NCBI RefSeq assembly: GCF_963921235.1
Contig: NC_086118.1
Span: forward strand, 20,152,001-20,216,000
Source of the DNA: Mobula hypostoma
Taxonomy: Eukaryota
DNA: 64,000 nt
Direction: 5' to 3'
Made by a program: the position numbers and the translations under genes. Positions 1-13,289 of the stretch are shown one piece after another; the stretch's first letter is position 1; every line of letters starts with the position of its first letter. The notes under the pieces were generated by a model that was not told the DNA's origin, ran no database searches, and saw nothing but the letters and a program-made list of their open reading frames with translations.

Positions 1-633
1 GCGTCTTGGGTTCGCCGGTGTAAGTCACTACGGAGGCGAGTGATGCGCTCCGCTCTATCCCCCGGGTTGGGGATCCTGGGTACACTCACTCCATTGGGAC
101 TCCCTGGTTAGGCACGATGCTCGGTTGCCAGGTCCTCCCTCCGGGTCCCGGCTTCATGAGCCCCGCCTGTGAGTGAGGGGAGGCATACTGCTCGGTCCCG
201 CGTCTTGTTCTCTAGGTCTTAAGGCACTCTATCCGACGCCGTAGCTCTTCAATCTCGTTGTCCATCTCGCATCCCACTCCTGACACCAACGTTGCGAGCA
301 CTTGGTCCATAATGACAGACGTGGAAACTCATTGAACTCAGCAACTGTTTATTGCGATAGACACAAACCAGACCGGGCACCATGACCCGGAGAGTGAACC
401 CAACCAGTCTCACACCGACGGGGGAGGTGACCATCACACACCCCGGTTACAGTTAGGGTGACCCACAAATACACAAGCGAATAACTGTGTAATCCAAGCT
501 AAAATGTAACAATAAATGAACTGGAACTTTCCACCATAATCCCACAAAAGCATTTTAACACAAGAACAGTAAACAGTGCTGGTCATTAGAAATGCAGGGG
601 CAGGCTGTCGACCACGTCCCCCAGAGCGTCACA
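1..633 (-). mobile_element. Gypsy LTR retrotransposon 5' end (LTR ~290-633, tRNA-Leu(CAG) PBS, start of decayed gag); runs off window start
   Basis: 271-288 atcccactcctgacacca equals the 3' end of vertebrate tRNA-Leu(CAG)+CCA (minus-strand PBS TGGTGTCAGGAGTGGGAT). Minus-strand LTR starts TGTGACG at 633. An ATG (MDNEIEELRRRIE) follows the PBS. Confidence 0.8.
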
Positions 634-2665
634 ATATTCAGTAGGTTTTAGTGAGATCCCCCATCATTCTTCTGCAAGCTAACCTTTAGGAGACCCTGCA
701 TGAGGACTCCCAAGTCCCTTTGCACCTCTGATATTTGAATTTTCTCCCCATTTAGAAAAAAGTCTTTGACTTTATTCCTTCTACCAAAGTGCATGGCCAC
801 ACAATTCCAGACGCTTTATTCCGTCTGCCACTTCTTTGCCCATTTACCAATCCATCTAAGTCCTTCTGCAAACCCTACTTCCTGAACACTATCTGCCCCA
901 CCAGCTATCTTCATATGATCCGCAACTTAGCCACAAAGCCATCAATACTGTCATTCAAATCATTTCATCCTCAGGGTTCCTTTTACCTTAAACTCCCTAA
1001 TCAAATCCCCTTCCTTACACAACACCTAATCCAGGATTGCCTTTCCGGATTGCCAGCTGAACCACAGGCTGCTCTAAAAAGCCATTTCATAGGCATTCTA
1101 CAAATTCCTTCTCTTGAGATCCAACATCAACCTGATCTTCCCAATCTACCTGCATATTGAAATGCCCCGTGACTATCGTAACATTGCCTTTTTTACAGGC
1201 CTTTTCTGTCTCCTGCTGTAATTTGTACCCTACATCCTGGCTGTTGTTCAGAGGCCTCTATATGACTCCCAAAAGAATCCTCTTACCCTTGCAGTTTCTT
1301 AACTCTACCCACAGGTATTCTAGATCTTCCTATCCTATGTTGCCTCTTTAAAAGGATTTGATTTCATTTTTTACCAACAGAGCCATGCCATCCCCTCTGC
1401 CTACCTGCCTTTCCTTTCAATATATTGTGTATCCTTGGATGTTAAGCTCCCAACTATGATCTTCTTTCAGCCACAACTCAGATGCCCACAACAACATACC
1501 TGCCAAACGCTAACTGCACTACAAGATGTTCGAGGGTATTCTGTATAATATGTGCATTCAAATATAACACCTTCAGTCCTGTATCCATCACCCTTTCCGA
1601 ATTTCCTCCCACATTACACTTCGACCCATCCCACTGACTGCAATTTGCACTATTATCTCCCAGTCTTTCCCCATAGTCTCACTACACACTGCATCTGCTT
1701 GGATGCCAACTGTCCATTCCTCAGCCCTATCACGCTGGTTCCCATCTGCCTACGAAATCTGCTTAAACCCTCCCTAACAGCTCTAGCAAACCTGAATGCA
1801 AGGGTTCAGGTATAACTTGTCCTTTTTCTAGGGATCATGCTTTCCCCGGAGGACATCCCAAAGATCCAAAAATCTGAAACATTGCCTCCTTCACCAATTC
1901 ATCAGCCACGCATTCATCTGTCAAATCATCCTATACTTACCCCCACTGGTGCATGGCATAGACAGCTATCCAGAGATTACTGTCCTGGAGGTCCTGCTTT
2001 TCAGCTTTCTACCTAACTCCTTTATGTTCTCCCTTCAGGACCTTTTCCCTTTTCTTTCCTATGTCGTTGGTACCAATATGCACCATAACTTCCAGCTGCT
2101 CACTGTCCCCTATTAGAATGCTGTGGATCCGATCAGAGACATCCCTGACCATGGCATCTGGAAGGCAACAAGCCAATAAAGTCCACAGAATCTGTTGTCT
2201 GCTCTTATAACTTTAGAATCCCCTATCACTGCTCCACTCCTCATCTCCCCCATCCTCCACATGAGCCACAGAGTCAAACTCAGTACCAGAGACCTGACCA
2301 CTGAATCTTCCTCTGCCAGATCATCTCCCACCCCCACCCACAACAGTATCCAAACGGACAGACCTGTTGTGAGGGGAATGGCCACAGAAGTACTCTGCAC
2401 TGGCTGCCTCTCCCCTTTCCCCTTCCTGATGGTCCTGCACCTCCCAACGTGTCCCGTCAATCAACTCCTCAGCCTCCCAAATGATCTGGGGTTCATCCAG
2501 TTCCAGCTGCATTTCCTCAACATGGTCTGAAAGAAGCTGCAGTTGGATGCACTTCTTGAAGATATAGTCGTCAGGAACACTGAAGGTCTCCCTGTCTCCC
2601 CACATCCTGCAACAGGAGCATCCCACTATCCTGCCTGATGTTCCTACTGCTCTAAATGCACAATA
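634..2665 (-). mobile_element. Decayed, internally deleted CR1 LINE including ORF1 remnants
   Basis: ORF 2321-2710 (CSCCRMW..PDDYIFKKCIQLQLL) and ORF 2113-2460 (GDSKVIRADNRFCG) resemble CR1 ORF1 zinc-finger/esterase regions; EN/RT-like DNA similar to other CR1 copies here. Confidence 0.8.
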
Positions 2666-2876
2666 AGAAAGAAAGATTAAATCAAAAAATCTGCCTACTG
2701 CCTTCCTCAAATAATTGTGTATTGAGGAAGTGACAATGATGATTGAAGAGGGAAGAGCAGTGGATGTTGTCTACATGTACTTTATAAAGCATTTGAAAGG
2801 TTCGTAATAGTAGACTGACCTGGAATATTAAGTCACTTGGGATTCATGGAAAGTTTGTAAGAAAGAACCAAAATTG

Positions 2877-4233
2877 ATACTTTACGTATATGGTTTCAAT
2901 TTCGAAAATTTCTTGGGTTGAACCAATTTATTTTAGCAAGTCCTATTGTATCTAATTTCTTTTTTCAACCTTCCATTATGGATGAAGGGTATTTAGATTG
3001 GAAAATCAAAGGTATAGTACAATTTCGTGATTTATTTTCGGATATTTGTTTTATATCCTTTGAACGACTATCTAATAAATATAATTTGCCTAAATCTCAC
3101 TTTTTTAGATATCTACAGGTTAGAAACTTTTTAAACACAGTTTCTCCTAACTTCCAAGTTTATATTCAATGGATATTTTGGAAAAATTTTTAGATTTAAA
3201 TCTTTTTTAGAAAGATGTTATAGCAATTATTTATAATACAGTTATGAATTTATGTCCTGATGTATCTAATAAAATTAAGACTGATTGAGAAAGAGAATTT
3301 AAGATCACTGTACCGATTGAAAAATGTGAAAAAATTCTTCAATTAGTTAATTCATCCTCTATATGTGCTAAACATGCTAAACACAGTTTAAAGTAGTGTA
3401 CAGGGCTCATATGTCTAAAGATAAATTACCTCGTTATTACTCTTATATAAATCCTATATGTGATAGATGTCATTCCAAGATAGCTTCTTTAACTCACATG
3501 TTTTGGTCATGTCCTTGGTCGAAAAAATATTGGAAAGATATTTTTGATATTATCTCAACTGTTTTGAATATTGACTTACAACCTCACCCAATTACTGCTA
3601 TTTTTGGGTTACCAGTGATAGAATCAAGTCATTTAATCTCTTCAGCTCATCGGATGATTGCATTTCTTACATTAATGGCTAGAGGATCCATTTTGCTGAA
3701 TTGGAAAGAGATTAATCCTCCTAGCACATTTCATTGGTTTTCTCAAACTATGCTGTGTTTAAATTTGGAAAAAAATTAGAAGTGTTGTTTATGATCCCTC
3801 CATTAAATTTGAAAAGACCTGGAGGCCATTTATTCAACATTTTCATATGACGTAATTTGACCTTTTCCAAACTTATTTTATTTCTTTGTAATATTGGTTG
3901 AGAGGAATGGAGTTGTTGACACTAAGGTTTTTTTTTTAATGATGTTACATAACAGCCCATGTCTTTTTTTTTATTTTAGTTGATTAATTCTGTTTAGATT
4001 AGTTTCTTTTTGGGGGTTTATAGTTTTTTTTTTCCTTTTTCATGATTTTTTTTAGATATTTTTCTTTGGTTTATATTGTTCATCTGTATCCTATATGATT
4101 GGGAGTTTTATCATTTAAGTGTCAACTGGCTTTATAATTACTTATGCTAATTATAACAATGTACTCCCAATAACTTCATACTATTACCATGTTATGTTTA
4201 TTATTATGAAACGAATAAAAAGATTGAAAAAGA
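2877..4233 (+). mobile_element. 5'-truncated L1-clade LINE (ORF2 C-terminus plus 3' UTR)
   Basis: ORFs 2918-3193 (FFRYLQVRNFL) and 3396-3779 (CDRC..ASLTHMFWSCP zinc knuckle). AATAAA then A/GAAA tail. 18-bp TSD aagaaagaaccaaaattg at 2859-2876 and 4234-4251. Confidence 0.9.
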
Positions 4234-4261
4234 AAGAAAGAACCAAAATTGGCTTGGACAT

Positions 4262-6750
4262 TATTGTGTTCATTATTGAGGGAGAGATCAGAGCACACCA
4301 GGATGTCAGCATGCAGGGTATGGAACAAAACTTTATCAATAACCCTGCTTGTCCAGTATGTGAACTCCTCCCATGTGGGAGCGGCTAACTGAGTGGCATT
4401 GAAATAACACTACTGCATGACCTTGCTAAAGATCTGGTGTTATTTCAACTCAGCACAAATTTTGTCCAATTTACTCTGTGCTGCGGGAAAACTTTTATGT
4501 ATCTGAGCTAAGTAAATGTTGGTATCTTCCATGAGGTCTGAGACAGCTTCCATCCACTCACTTTTGCATGGCATCCTCGACAGAGTGCCTCATGTTGTGA
4601 AAGATTTGCTGGGGACATGTTCAATGCCATAACAGTATCACATAAGCCTCATTCTGAATCTTTGCAGACGTGGAGGTAAGTCATCCACATGTTTCAAGCT
4701 GAGAAGGCTGACAAGTGGCTTGTGGTCTGTTTCAAACAGGAATTTAATGCCTAAAAAGTAGCAGCTGAAGTGTTAACAAGCCCACGCAGGATATGGGCGT
4801 AATGCTGTTCTGTAGGAGTCAATGCTCTTAATGCATATGCACTGGTTTCATACACCACTGCAGTCTTGCATGAGCACACTCCCTAGGCCAATGGAAGAGC
4901 CATCTGTTGAGACCTTCGGTTGTTTTGTTCAGATCAAGGAATGCCAATACTGGCAGAGAGATAAGCTCTCCTTTAAGTGAAGAGAAAGACTTCTGCCAAG
5001 TCCAACATTTCTCTGAGAGAGGAGGTCACATCGTGGTTTTGTTTTCTCTGCCAAAACTGAAATGAACTTTCCCAGCTGGTTTATCATGCCAAGGAAAATG
5101 CAGATCTCTGATACATTCATAGGTTGTTCCATGTTCCAAACCCCTGCCAGTTTGTCTGAATCTGGTTGCACTCCCTCTGAGAACAGTTAGTGGCCTAAAG
5201 AACCTCATCTCCAACTTCATAAATTCACATTTCCTTTGTTTCAGTGTGCTTCCAGCCTGTTGCAGTTTCTCCAAGGCAGCTTCCACTCTTTTGTTATGTT
5301 CCTCACTTGAGCCTCCAAAGATGAGAATATCATCCATGTGGTAGACTACTCCTTCCAGTCCCTTCAAAATATGGTTTATCCTCCCCTGAAAGAGTTCAGG
5401 GGCTGATGAGATGCCAAAAGGGACTCTCTTGAAGGCAAAGCATCCATATGGTGTGTGAAAGGTTGTGAGCTTCTGTGACTCAGAAGCTAAACAGATCTGA
5501 TAGAAACCTGGATATGCATCAAGTTTGATGAAGGACTTTGCTCCACCTAGCATCTCAAATGTGTGCTCAGCAGAGGGCAGAATAAACTTCTCTCACCTCA
5601 CTGCAATTATTCAATTTTGTCAGATCAACACAGATCCTTATTGTGCCATCCGGCTTAAACAGGAACAGTGCCCACAAAGCAGTCAGTAGGTCCATTCAAT
5701 CTCGCTATGATGTCAAGTTCCTCCAGTCCCTCAAGTTCAGCTTTGATTTTGTTCATCAGTAAGATTGGTACACAGTTCCATTCTGGTTTCGTCTGAGCTG
5801 AGCTCTATTGTCACCTCTTGCTGTAGTCTTCCTGACTACACTTTATTTATATCCTTTTTTGTACAGCTTCTAGCTTTACCTCTGCATCGTTTTTGTGCCT
5901 GAGCTGTACCTGTTGCTGACAAACATTCTCACTCTGCCTGACCATAGTAATAGTTCTCTTTAGTGTGTGATTTGCCTGCAACTGAAGTCTCCCTGACAAT
6001 TTGGAGTCTTGTAGCCCAACAATAATCTTATCTCTTATGAGTTCATCTTTCAGATTTCCATATGCACAGTTCTGTGATGAAGTCATTTTACACTTTGATC
6101 TGGCTCCTGTTTTCTGAAAATGAATTTTACCCTCTTATCTACACTTTCCTGTGAAATATTCTTTGAATTTGTCCTGCGCTGTTTTGTACTCCTTTTTCTG
6201 AGCATCTGTCAGTCCTAACCTACCCATGATGTCATCTGTTTTGTAACCTATGCAGTGTACTTACTTGATGCTCTTCTGAAGCCTGAGTGCAACCCTAAAT
6301 CTCTCTGCTGCGCCCGTGTCTCCGTGCACTTCCCCAGGCTAGTAGCCCGGAGATTTTTACAATGTATCCACTTTTGCATGTAGCTGGAAGGCATTACCTA
6401 GCAACCCCCATGCCTCATGGTGCATGCAATTAGCAACCAGCATAGCCAGTTTAGGCTGATAAGTCTCTGGATATTTTTATTAATATATGTGAACAAGAAC
6501 AGTCTTACTGTAAATTCTTGCTTGCTGGGGACCTCACTTGGTCTGTAGCAGCAATTCATCGATGATCAACTACTTCTGACACCATGTTGTGTTCATTAAT
6601 GAGGGGTAGTGCAGAGCACACCAGGATGCCCGCATGCAGGATACTCAACTGTACTTTATTGACAACCCTGCTTGCACAATAGGTGCACTCCTCCCATGTG
6701 AGAGTGGCTAACTGAGTGGCACAGGAATAACATGAGTAACTACCAATACA
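4262..6750 (-). mobile_element. Decayed Gypsy (Mag-like) LTR retrotransposon with both LTRs
   Basis: LTRs ~4262-4409 and 6585-6750. PBS acttctgacacca 6572-6584 (tRNA-Leu(CAA) 3' end). gag ORF 5847-6086 (CAYGNLKDELIRDKIIVG). RT ORF 5026-5553 (PFGISSAPELFQ..YHMDDILI). Probable TSD gacat/gtcat. Confidence 0.9.
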
Positions 6751-6966
6751 GTCATAGAGACAAAAGGTTTATTAGAGGGTTTTTTTTTTCTGACTGGAGG
6801 TCTGTGACCATTGGTGCTCCAGAAGGATCATAGCTGGATCTCTGTTGTCTGTGATATTTATTAATGATTGGAAAAAGAAAATAGACAGTCTGATTATTAA
6901 GTTTGCAGCTGACATAAAATAGGTGGAGTTGTGGTTAGTGAGGAAGGATATAGTAGGATATAGATC

Positions 6967-9101
6967 TGTCATAAGGCGGTGGCTGGAAACAGACCCAAGT
7001 GCAAGACACGGACACTGAAGTACCAGCGACAGGACTGGGATACAGGATGAGGGCAAGGACATGGACACGAAAATGGGAACCCGGAACCGGACTGGACAAG
7101 AGAGCTAGGAGCCTGGGCTTGGACTCCGAGCCAGAGACTGGACAAGGACCCAGTACCTGGGTCTTGCCTCTGGCTCAGACCCCAGAACTAGGCAAGGACA
7201 AGGCTTGGCAGGCAGGCAGGACGAGGCTGGAGTCTTCAGGCTTGGCAGGAGGCAGGAGGCTTGAGTCTCCAGGCTTGAGGCTAGAGGTGGGGCTTGGCAG
7301 GAGGCTGGAGTCTTCAGGCTTGAGGCTAGGCAAGAGGCTGGAGTCTTCAGGCTTGAGGCTAGGCAGGCTCCTCCTGGGCAGGGCACCGTTCATCTGGGCG
7401 GGGCACGGTAAACCTGGGCAGGGCGCGGATCACCACCGAACGGAGGCATGGGACAGAACCAACCGCAGGTAACAGCAAGACAGCCTGGCTTACCCGACGG
7501 AGGCAAGGGACAGGAAGGGACAGAATCAACCGCAGGTAACGGCAAGACGGCCTGGCCTATCCGACGGAGGCAAGGGTTAGGAATGGAGCTAGGTACGGGG
7601 TGGCTCCAGGACTAGACTGAAGGCGAGACAAGGCGCGAGTTACCATCAAGACCAGGCAAGGCTTCAGGCAATGCAAGGCAAAACGAGAACTTCAGGCGAG
7701 GCAAGAGTTACCGGCAAGGCTTCAGGCGAGGAAACAGAAGGCAGAGGAAGGGATACAAGGAGTAAGGACAAGAACAATCCAGCAGCCATGCCCTGGTCTT
7801 TGAAGGTATTTATGCAGTCAGCCCCAACGAGCATCAGCTGCCTCAATTAGAGCTCAACAAGAACAGAAACAGGGTAGACAGGAGAACCTGGAGCAAGGGT
7901 CAATGGACTGGACCGTGAACCGGAATACGGTCTTCATGGACCGGACCATGACAGTACCCTCCCCCCTCTATGGGAGCCTCCTGGCGACCAAACAGGGTAT
8001 CCAGACTATGGACGACCCAGGCGGGTGGGAGGGTATTTAACAGAAAGGAACGCCGGGTGGCTAGAGGAAAACGACAGTGTCTGTGTTGCTGGGTCCATGG
8101 TTGGCTGGATCGTTCTGTCATAAGGCGGTGGCTGGAAACGGACCCAAGTGCAAGGTACAGATACTGAAGTACTAGGGACAGGAATAGGATACAGGGTGAG
8201 GGCAAGGACATGGACACGAAAACCGGGAACCCAGAACCGCACTAGACAAGAGAGCTTGGAGCCCGAGCTTGGACTCTGAGCCAGAGACTGGAGAAGGACC
8301 CAGTAGCTGGGTCTTGCCTCTGGCTCAGACCCCAGAACTAGGCAAGGACGAGGCTTGGCAGGCAGGCAGGATGAGGCTGGAGTCTTCAGGCTTGAGGCTA
8401 GAGGTGAGGCTTGGCAGGAGGCAGGAGTCTTCAGGTTTGAGGCTAGGCAGGTCCCTCCTGGGCAGGGCGCCATTCACCTGGGCAGGGCGCGGTACTCCTG
8501 AGCAGGGCACGGATCACCACCCAACGGAGGCATGGGACAGGAAGGGACAGAACCAACCGCAGGTAACGGCAAGACGGCCTGGCTTACCCGACGGAGGCAA
8601 GGGACAGGAAGGGACAGAACCAACCGCAGGTAACGGCAAGACGGCCTGGCTTACCCGACAGAGGCAAGGGTTAGGAATGGAGCTAGGTACAGGGTGCCTC
8701 CAGGACTAGACTGAAGGCGAGACGAGGCGAGAGTTACCAGCAAGACCAGGAAATGCAAGGCAAAACGAGAACTTCAGGCGAGGCGAGGGTTACCGGCAAA
8801 ACAAGGCAAGGCTTCAGGCAATGCAAGGCGAAACGAGAACTTCAGGCGAGGCAAGAGTTACCGGCAAGGCTTCAGGCGAGGAAACAGAAGGCAGAGGAAG
8901 GGATACGAGGAGTAAGGACAAGAACAATCCAGCAGCCATGCCCTGGTCTCTGAAGGTATTTATGCAGCTAGCTCCAACGAGCATCAGCTGCCTCAATTAG
9001 AGCTCAACAAGAACAAACAGGGTAGACAGGAAAGCCTGGAGCAAGGGTCGATGGACCAGACCGTGAACCAGAATACGGACTTCACGGACCAGACCTTGAC
9101 A
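6967..9101 (-). mobile_element. Non-autonomous Tf1/sushi-like Gypsy element: LTRs 6967-7953 and 8116-9101, 162-bp internal region
   Basis: Both LTRs read TGTCA..TGACA; 5-bp TSD agatc (6962-6966, 9102-9106); PPT at 7954-7969 (minus agaggggggagggtac); PBS 8104-8115 followed by ATG GAC CCA GCA (MDPA, gag-like start). Confidence 0.92.
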
Positions 9102-10182
9102 AGATCAGCCGGAAATTCGGTGGAGAAATGGCAGATGCACCTAAATCGAGCAAGTGTGAGAAGATGCACTTTGGGAGGTCAGATGCATGAGTAAAGTATA
9201 CAGTAAACAGCAGGGCAATTGAAGTACAGAACAATCTTGGGGAGCAAATGGCAACATAAGTGGGTAAGGTAAAGAACATTTGCAGCACACTTGGTTCATC
9301 GGTTGAGGCATTAAGTATAAATGCTGAAATGTCATGTTGAGCTGTTTACACCTCAGTTATGCCACATTTGTGTGCAGTCCTAGTAAGAGAGATGAGGAAG
9401 TTTTGTAAAGAGTGCAGAAAAAGTTCACCAGGATGTTGCCCGGATTGGAATGAATTACTTGTAAGGAGAGGTTGAACAAACGTGGATTGTTTCTTCCAGA
9501 GTATTGAAGTATAAGGAGCAAGCTGATAGAAGTATAGGGGTATATAAAGTTATAAGAGGCATAGCTGGGGTAGACAGAGACTTTGGAAAAGTAAAATACT
9601 AGAGGAGGTAGGGTTAAGGAAAGAGTGGAAAAGTTTAAAGGAGATTTACAAGGTAACTTTTCTACACAGAGGGTGATAGGTTACTAGAGTGTACTGCCAG
9701 GGTAGGTGGTAGAAGTATGTACAGAAGTAACAATAAAGGGCATTTAGATAAACACATGAACAGACGTGGAACAGAGGGGTACAGACCACGTGCAGGTAGA
9801 GTGGATTAATTTAGTTTGACATCATAGTCAACACAGATATGACGGGTAGAATGGCCTGTTCCTGTGCAGTACAGTTCATCAATTTTCTTCTATGTAAACA
9901 AGTACCACACACCATATTTTCAAGAACATTTTTATTTATGTATTAAGAAATCCTGGGTGTTTAAATAATAACCTGTCCAAATTAGGAATTTAAGGAGGTT
10001 TGTGAGTGTTTTTCAATCTGCCCTTGGAAATAAAACTTGAATTTTATTTTCTTCATGACGTTGATTCAAGACAAACACAGGAAATGTTAGAAAAATTGAG
10101 CAGGTCAATTAACATGAAGGATATGTATGGAAAAGCTATAAAAATGCTAGTTTGTGGATTCATCCCATTGGTTTGTTATCAT

Positions 10183-12485
10183 ATAGAAACATAGAATACC
10201 TACAGCACAATACAGACCCTTTGCACCACAAAGCTGTGTCAGACATGTCCTTACCTTAGAAATTACCTAGGGTTACCCAAAGCCCTCGATTTTTCTAAGC
10301 TCCATCTACCTATCCAGGAGTCTCTTAAAAAAACCCTATCGTATCCATCTCCACCACTGTCACTGGCAGCCCATTCCATGAACTCCATACACTCTGTGTA
10401 TAAAAAAAAGCTTACTCCTGACATTTCCTCTGTACCTACTTCCGAGCACCTTAAAACTGTGCCTTCTCATGCTGGTCTTTTCAGCCCTGGGAAAAAGCCT
10501 CTGACTATCTACACGATCAATGCCTCTCATCATCTTGTACACCTCTATCAGGTCACCTCTCATCCTCAGTTGCTCCAAGGAAAAAAGGCCAAGTTTACTC
10601 AACCTATTCTCATAAGGCATGCTCCCCAATCCAGGCAACATCCTTGTAAATCTCCTCTGCACCCTTTCTATGGTTTCCACATCCTTCCTGTAGGCAAACA
10701 GAACTGAGCATAGTACTCCAAGTGGGGTCTGGCCAGGGTCCTATAAAGCTGCAACATTGTCTCTCGGCTCCTAAACTCAATCCCACGATTGATGAAGGCC
10801 AATTCACCGTATGCTTTCTTAACCACAGAGTCAACCTGCACAGCAGCTTTGAGTGTCCTGTGGACTCAGACCCCAAGATCCCTCTTATCCTCCACATTGT
10901 CAAGAGTCTTACCATTAATATTATATTCTGCCATCATACCCGACCTACCAAAATGAACCACCTCACACTTATCTGGGTTGAACTCCATCTGTCATTTCTC
11001 AGCCCAGTTTTGCATCCTATCAATGTCCTGCTGTAACCTCTGAGAGCCCTCCACACTATCCACAACAACCTCAACCTTTGTGTTATAAGCAAATTTACTA
11101 ACCCATCCTTCCACTTCCTCATCCAGGTCATTTATAAAAAATCACGAAGAGTAGGGGTCCCAGAACAGATCCCTGAGGCACACCACTGGTTACTGACCTC
11201 CATGCAGAATATGACCCATCTACAACCACTCTTTGCCTTCTGTGGGCAATCCAGTTCTGGATCCACAAAGCAATGTTCCCTTGGATCCCATGCCTCCTTA
11301 CTTTCTCAATAAGCCTTACATGGGATACCTTACCAAATGCCTTGCTGAAATCCATATACACTACATCTACTACTCTAACTTCATCAATGTGTTTAGTCAC
11401 ATCTTCAAAAAATTAAATCAGGCTCGTAAGGCACAATCTGCCTTTGACAAAGCCATGCTGACTATTCCTAATCATACTATGCCTCTCCAAATGTTCATAA
11501 ATCCTGCCTCTCAGGATCTTCTCCATCAAATTACCAACCACTGAAGTAAAACTCACTGGTCTATAATTTCCTGGGCTATCTCTACTCCCTTTCATGAATA
11601 ATGGAACAACATCCGCAACCCTCCAATCCTCCGGAACCTCTCCTGTCCCCATTGATGATGCAAGGATCATTGTCAGAGACTCTGCAATCTCCTCCCTCGC
11701 CTCCCACAGTAGCCTGGGGTACATCTCATCCGGTCCTAGTGACTTATGCAACTTGATGCTTTCCAAAAGCTCCAGCACATCCTCTTTCTTAATATCTACA
11801 TGCTCAAGCTTTTCAGTCCACTGTAGGTCATCCCTGCAATTGCCAAGATCCTTTTCTGTAGTGAATACTGAAGCAAAGTATTCATTAAGTACCTCTGCTA
11901 TATCCTTCGGTTCCATACACACTTTTCCACTGTCACACTTAATTGGTCCCATTCTCTCACGCCTTATCCTCTTGCTCTTCACATACTTGTAGAATGCCTT
12001 GGGGTTTTCCTTAACCCTGTCTGCCAAGGCCTTCTCATGGCCCCGTTGGCTCTCCTAATTATTTTTAAGCTCCCTCCTTATAATCTTCTAGATCTCTATC
12101 TAGTTTCTTGAACCTTTCGTAAGCTCTTCTTTTCTTCTTGACTAGATTTACAACAGCCTTTGTAAACCACGGTTCCTGTACCCTACCATCCTTTCCCTGT
12201 CTCATTGGAACATACCTATGCAGAACTCCACGCAAATATCCCCTGAACCTTTGCCACAATTCTTCCTTACGTTTCCCTGAGAACATCTGTTTCCAATTTA
12301 TGCTTCCAAGTTCCTGCCTGATAGCCTCATATTTCCCCTTACTCCAATTAAATGCTTTCCTAACTTATCTGTTCCTCTCCCTCTCCAATGCTATGGTAAA
12401 GGAGATCGAATTATGATCACTACCTCCAAAATGCTCTCCCACTGAGAGATCTGGCACCTGACCAGGTTCATTTCCCAAAACCAGA
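10183..12485 (-). mobile_element. 5'-truncated CR1 LINE with frameshifted ORF2
   Basis: ORFs 11413-12027, 11128-11400, 10360-10680 contain [45 protein letters not shown]; (tttctatg)-type tail near 10183. Confidence 0.95.
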
Positions 12486-12696
12486 TATATAATAAAATAT
12501 ATATAAAAAATGTATCCTGTAAAAATAGATGAAATTAGTAACTAGAAATATGCTGATATTTTAATATCATATAATCCTATATTCTGTGATATTGGTTTAT
12601 GAAATACTGTTCACATTCATGTTTTAAGTATTATGCCGGTAATATATGTATTGGTACTGTTTCACATGTTTCTGTATATATTTTTTTTCCTGCGTG

Positions 12697-12755
12697 AATA
12701 TATATGTATATGTATGTATGTCTCTGTATAGTATATATTTATATACATATATATA
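12697..12755. repeat. Imperfect (TA)n/(TATG)n microsatellite
   Basis: atatatatgtatatgtatgtatg..atatacatatatatag. Confidence 0.7.
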
Positions 12756-13289
12756 GAATGCTCACTGCTTAACCTTTTTCCCCTTCTTGAATTTATTTTT
12801 CTTTAACGTATCTTCTACTCTTTCTCTGTATCTTTGTATCATTTAATAAACTCACACTAAAAATCTCACAACTGACGAACTTTCATTAAGTAATAAAATG
12901 TCACTGACAATGAAACATTAAACATTAACTCCTTCCCTTGGCACAAGTCTGTGTAAAGTCGCTGTTGCTTCTTCCCATAATAATTGAAGAGACATAACTA
13001 CTGATCCAGACGCATGCAGTTCTCAAGATGCAACAATGAGTATTGACACATTGAACCATGATATAAACTGCCTTTAATGCTAATCAAAGACAAAAATGCA
13101 CCATTAGTAAACAAATGTGATAATTACAGTTTCTAATTGTATGGGGACCAGCCATTTCAGGATCCCGTTTTAAGAAAAAGATCTTAATGCCAAAACTTTG
13201 AACTACTTTAATACACACCTGGACTCTCACCTTCTGCACAATGTGTGATCATAGACTGAGGACCATGTCATTCAGCTCATCCATCAGCT

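Larger units (their letters stand above)
2710..9880 (+). mobile_element. Old CR1 3' fragment split by three insertions (pieces ~2710-2876, 4234-4261, 6751-6966, 9102-9880)
   Basis: CR1 RT-type DNA (gcagtggatgttgtctacatg; aagtttgcagctgac; gagaaatggcagatg) resumes collinearly after each insert; CR1-type 3' end ggcctgttcctgtgc near 9853. Confidence 0.8.

Noticed and set aside
6999..8953. Repetitive-peptide ORFs (RLESSGLRL..) on both strands
   Set aside because: By-products of GC-rich tandem modules in the LTRs; frames differ between the two LTRs.
12500..13280. AT-rich stretch as a regulatory element or origin
   Set aside because: Low-complexity intergenic DNA with no specific motif support.
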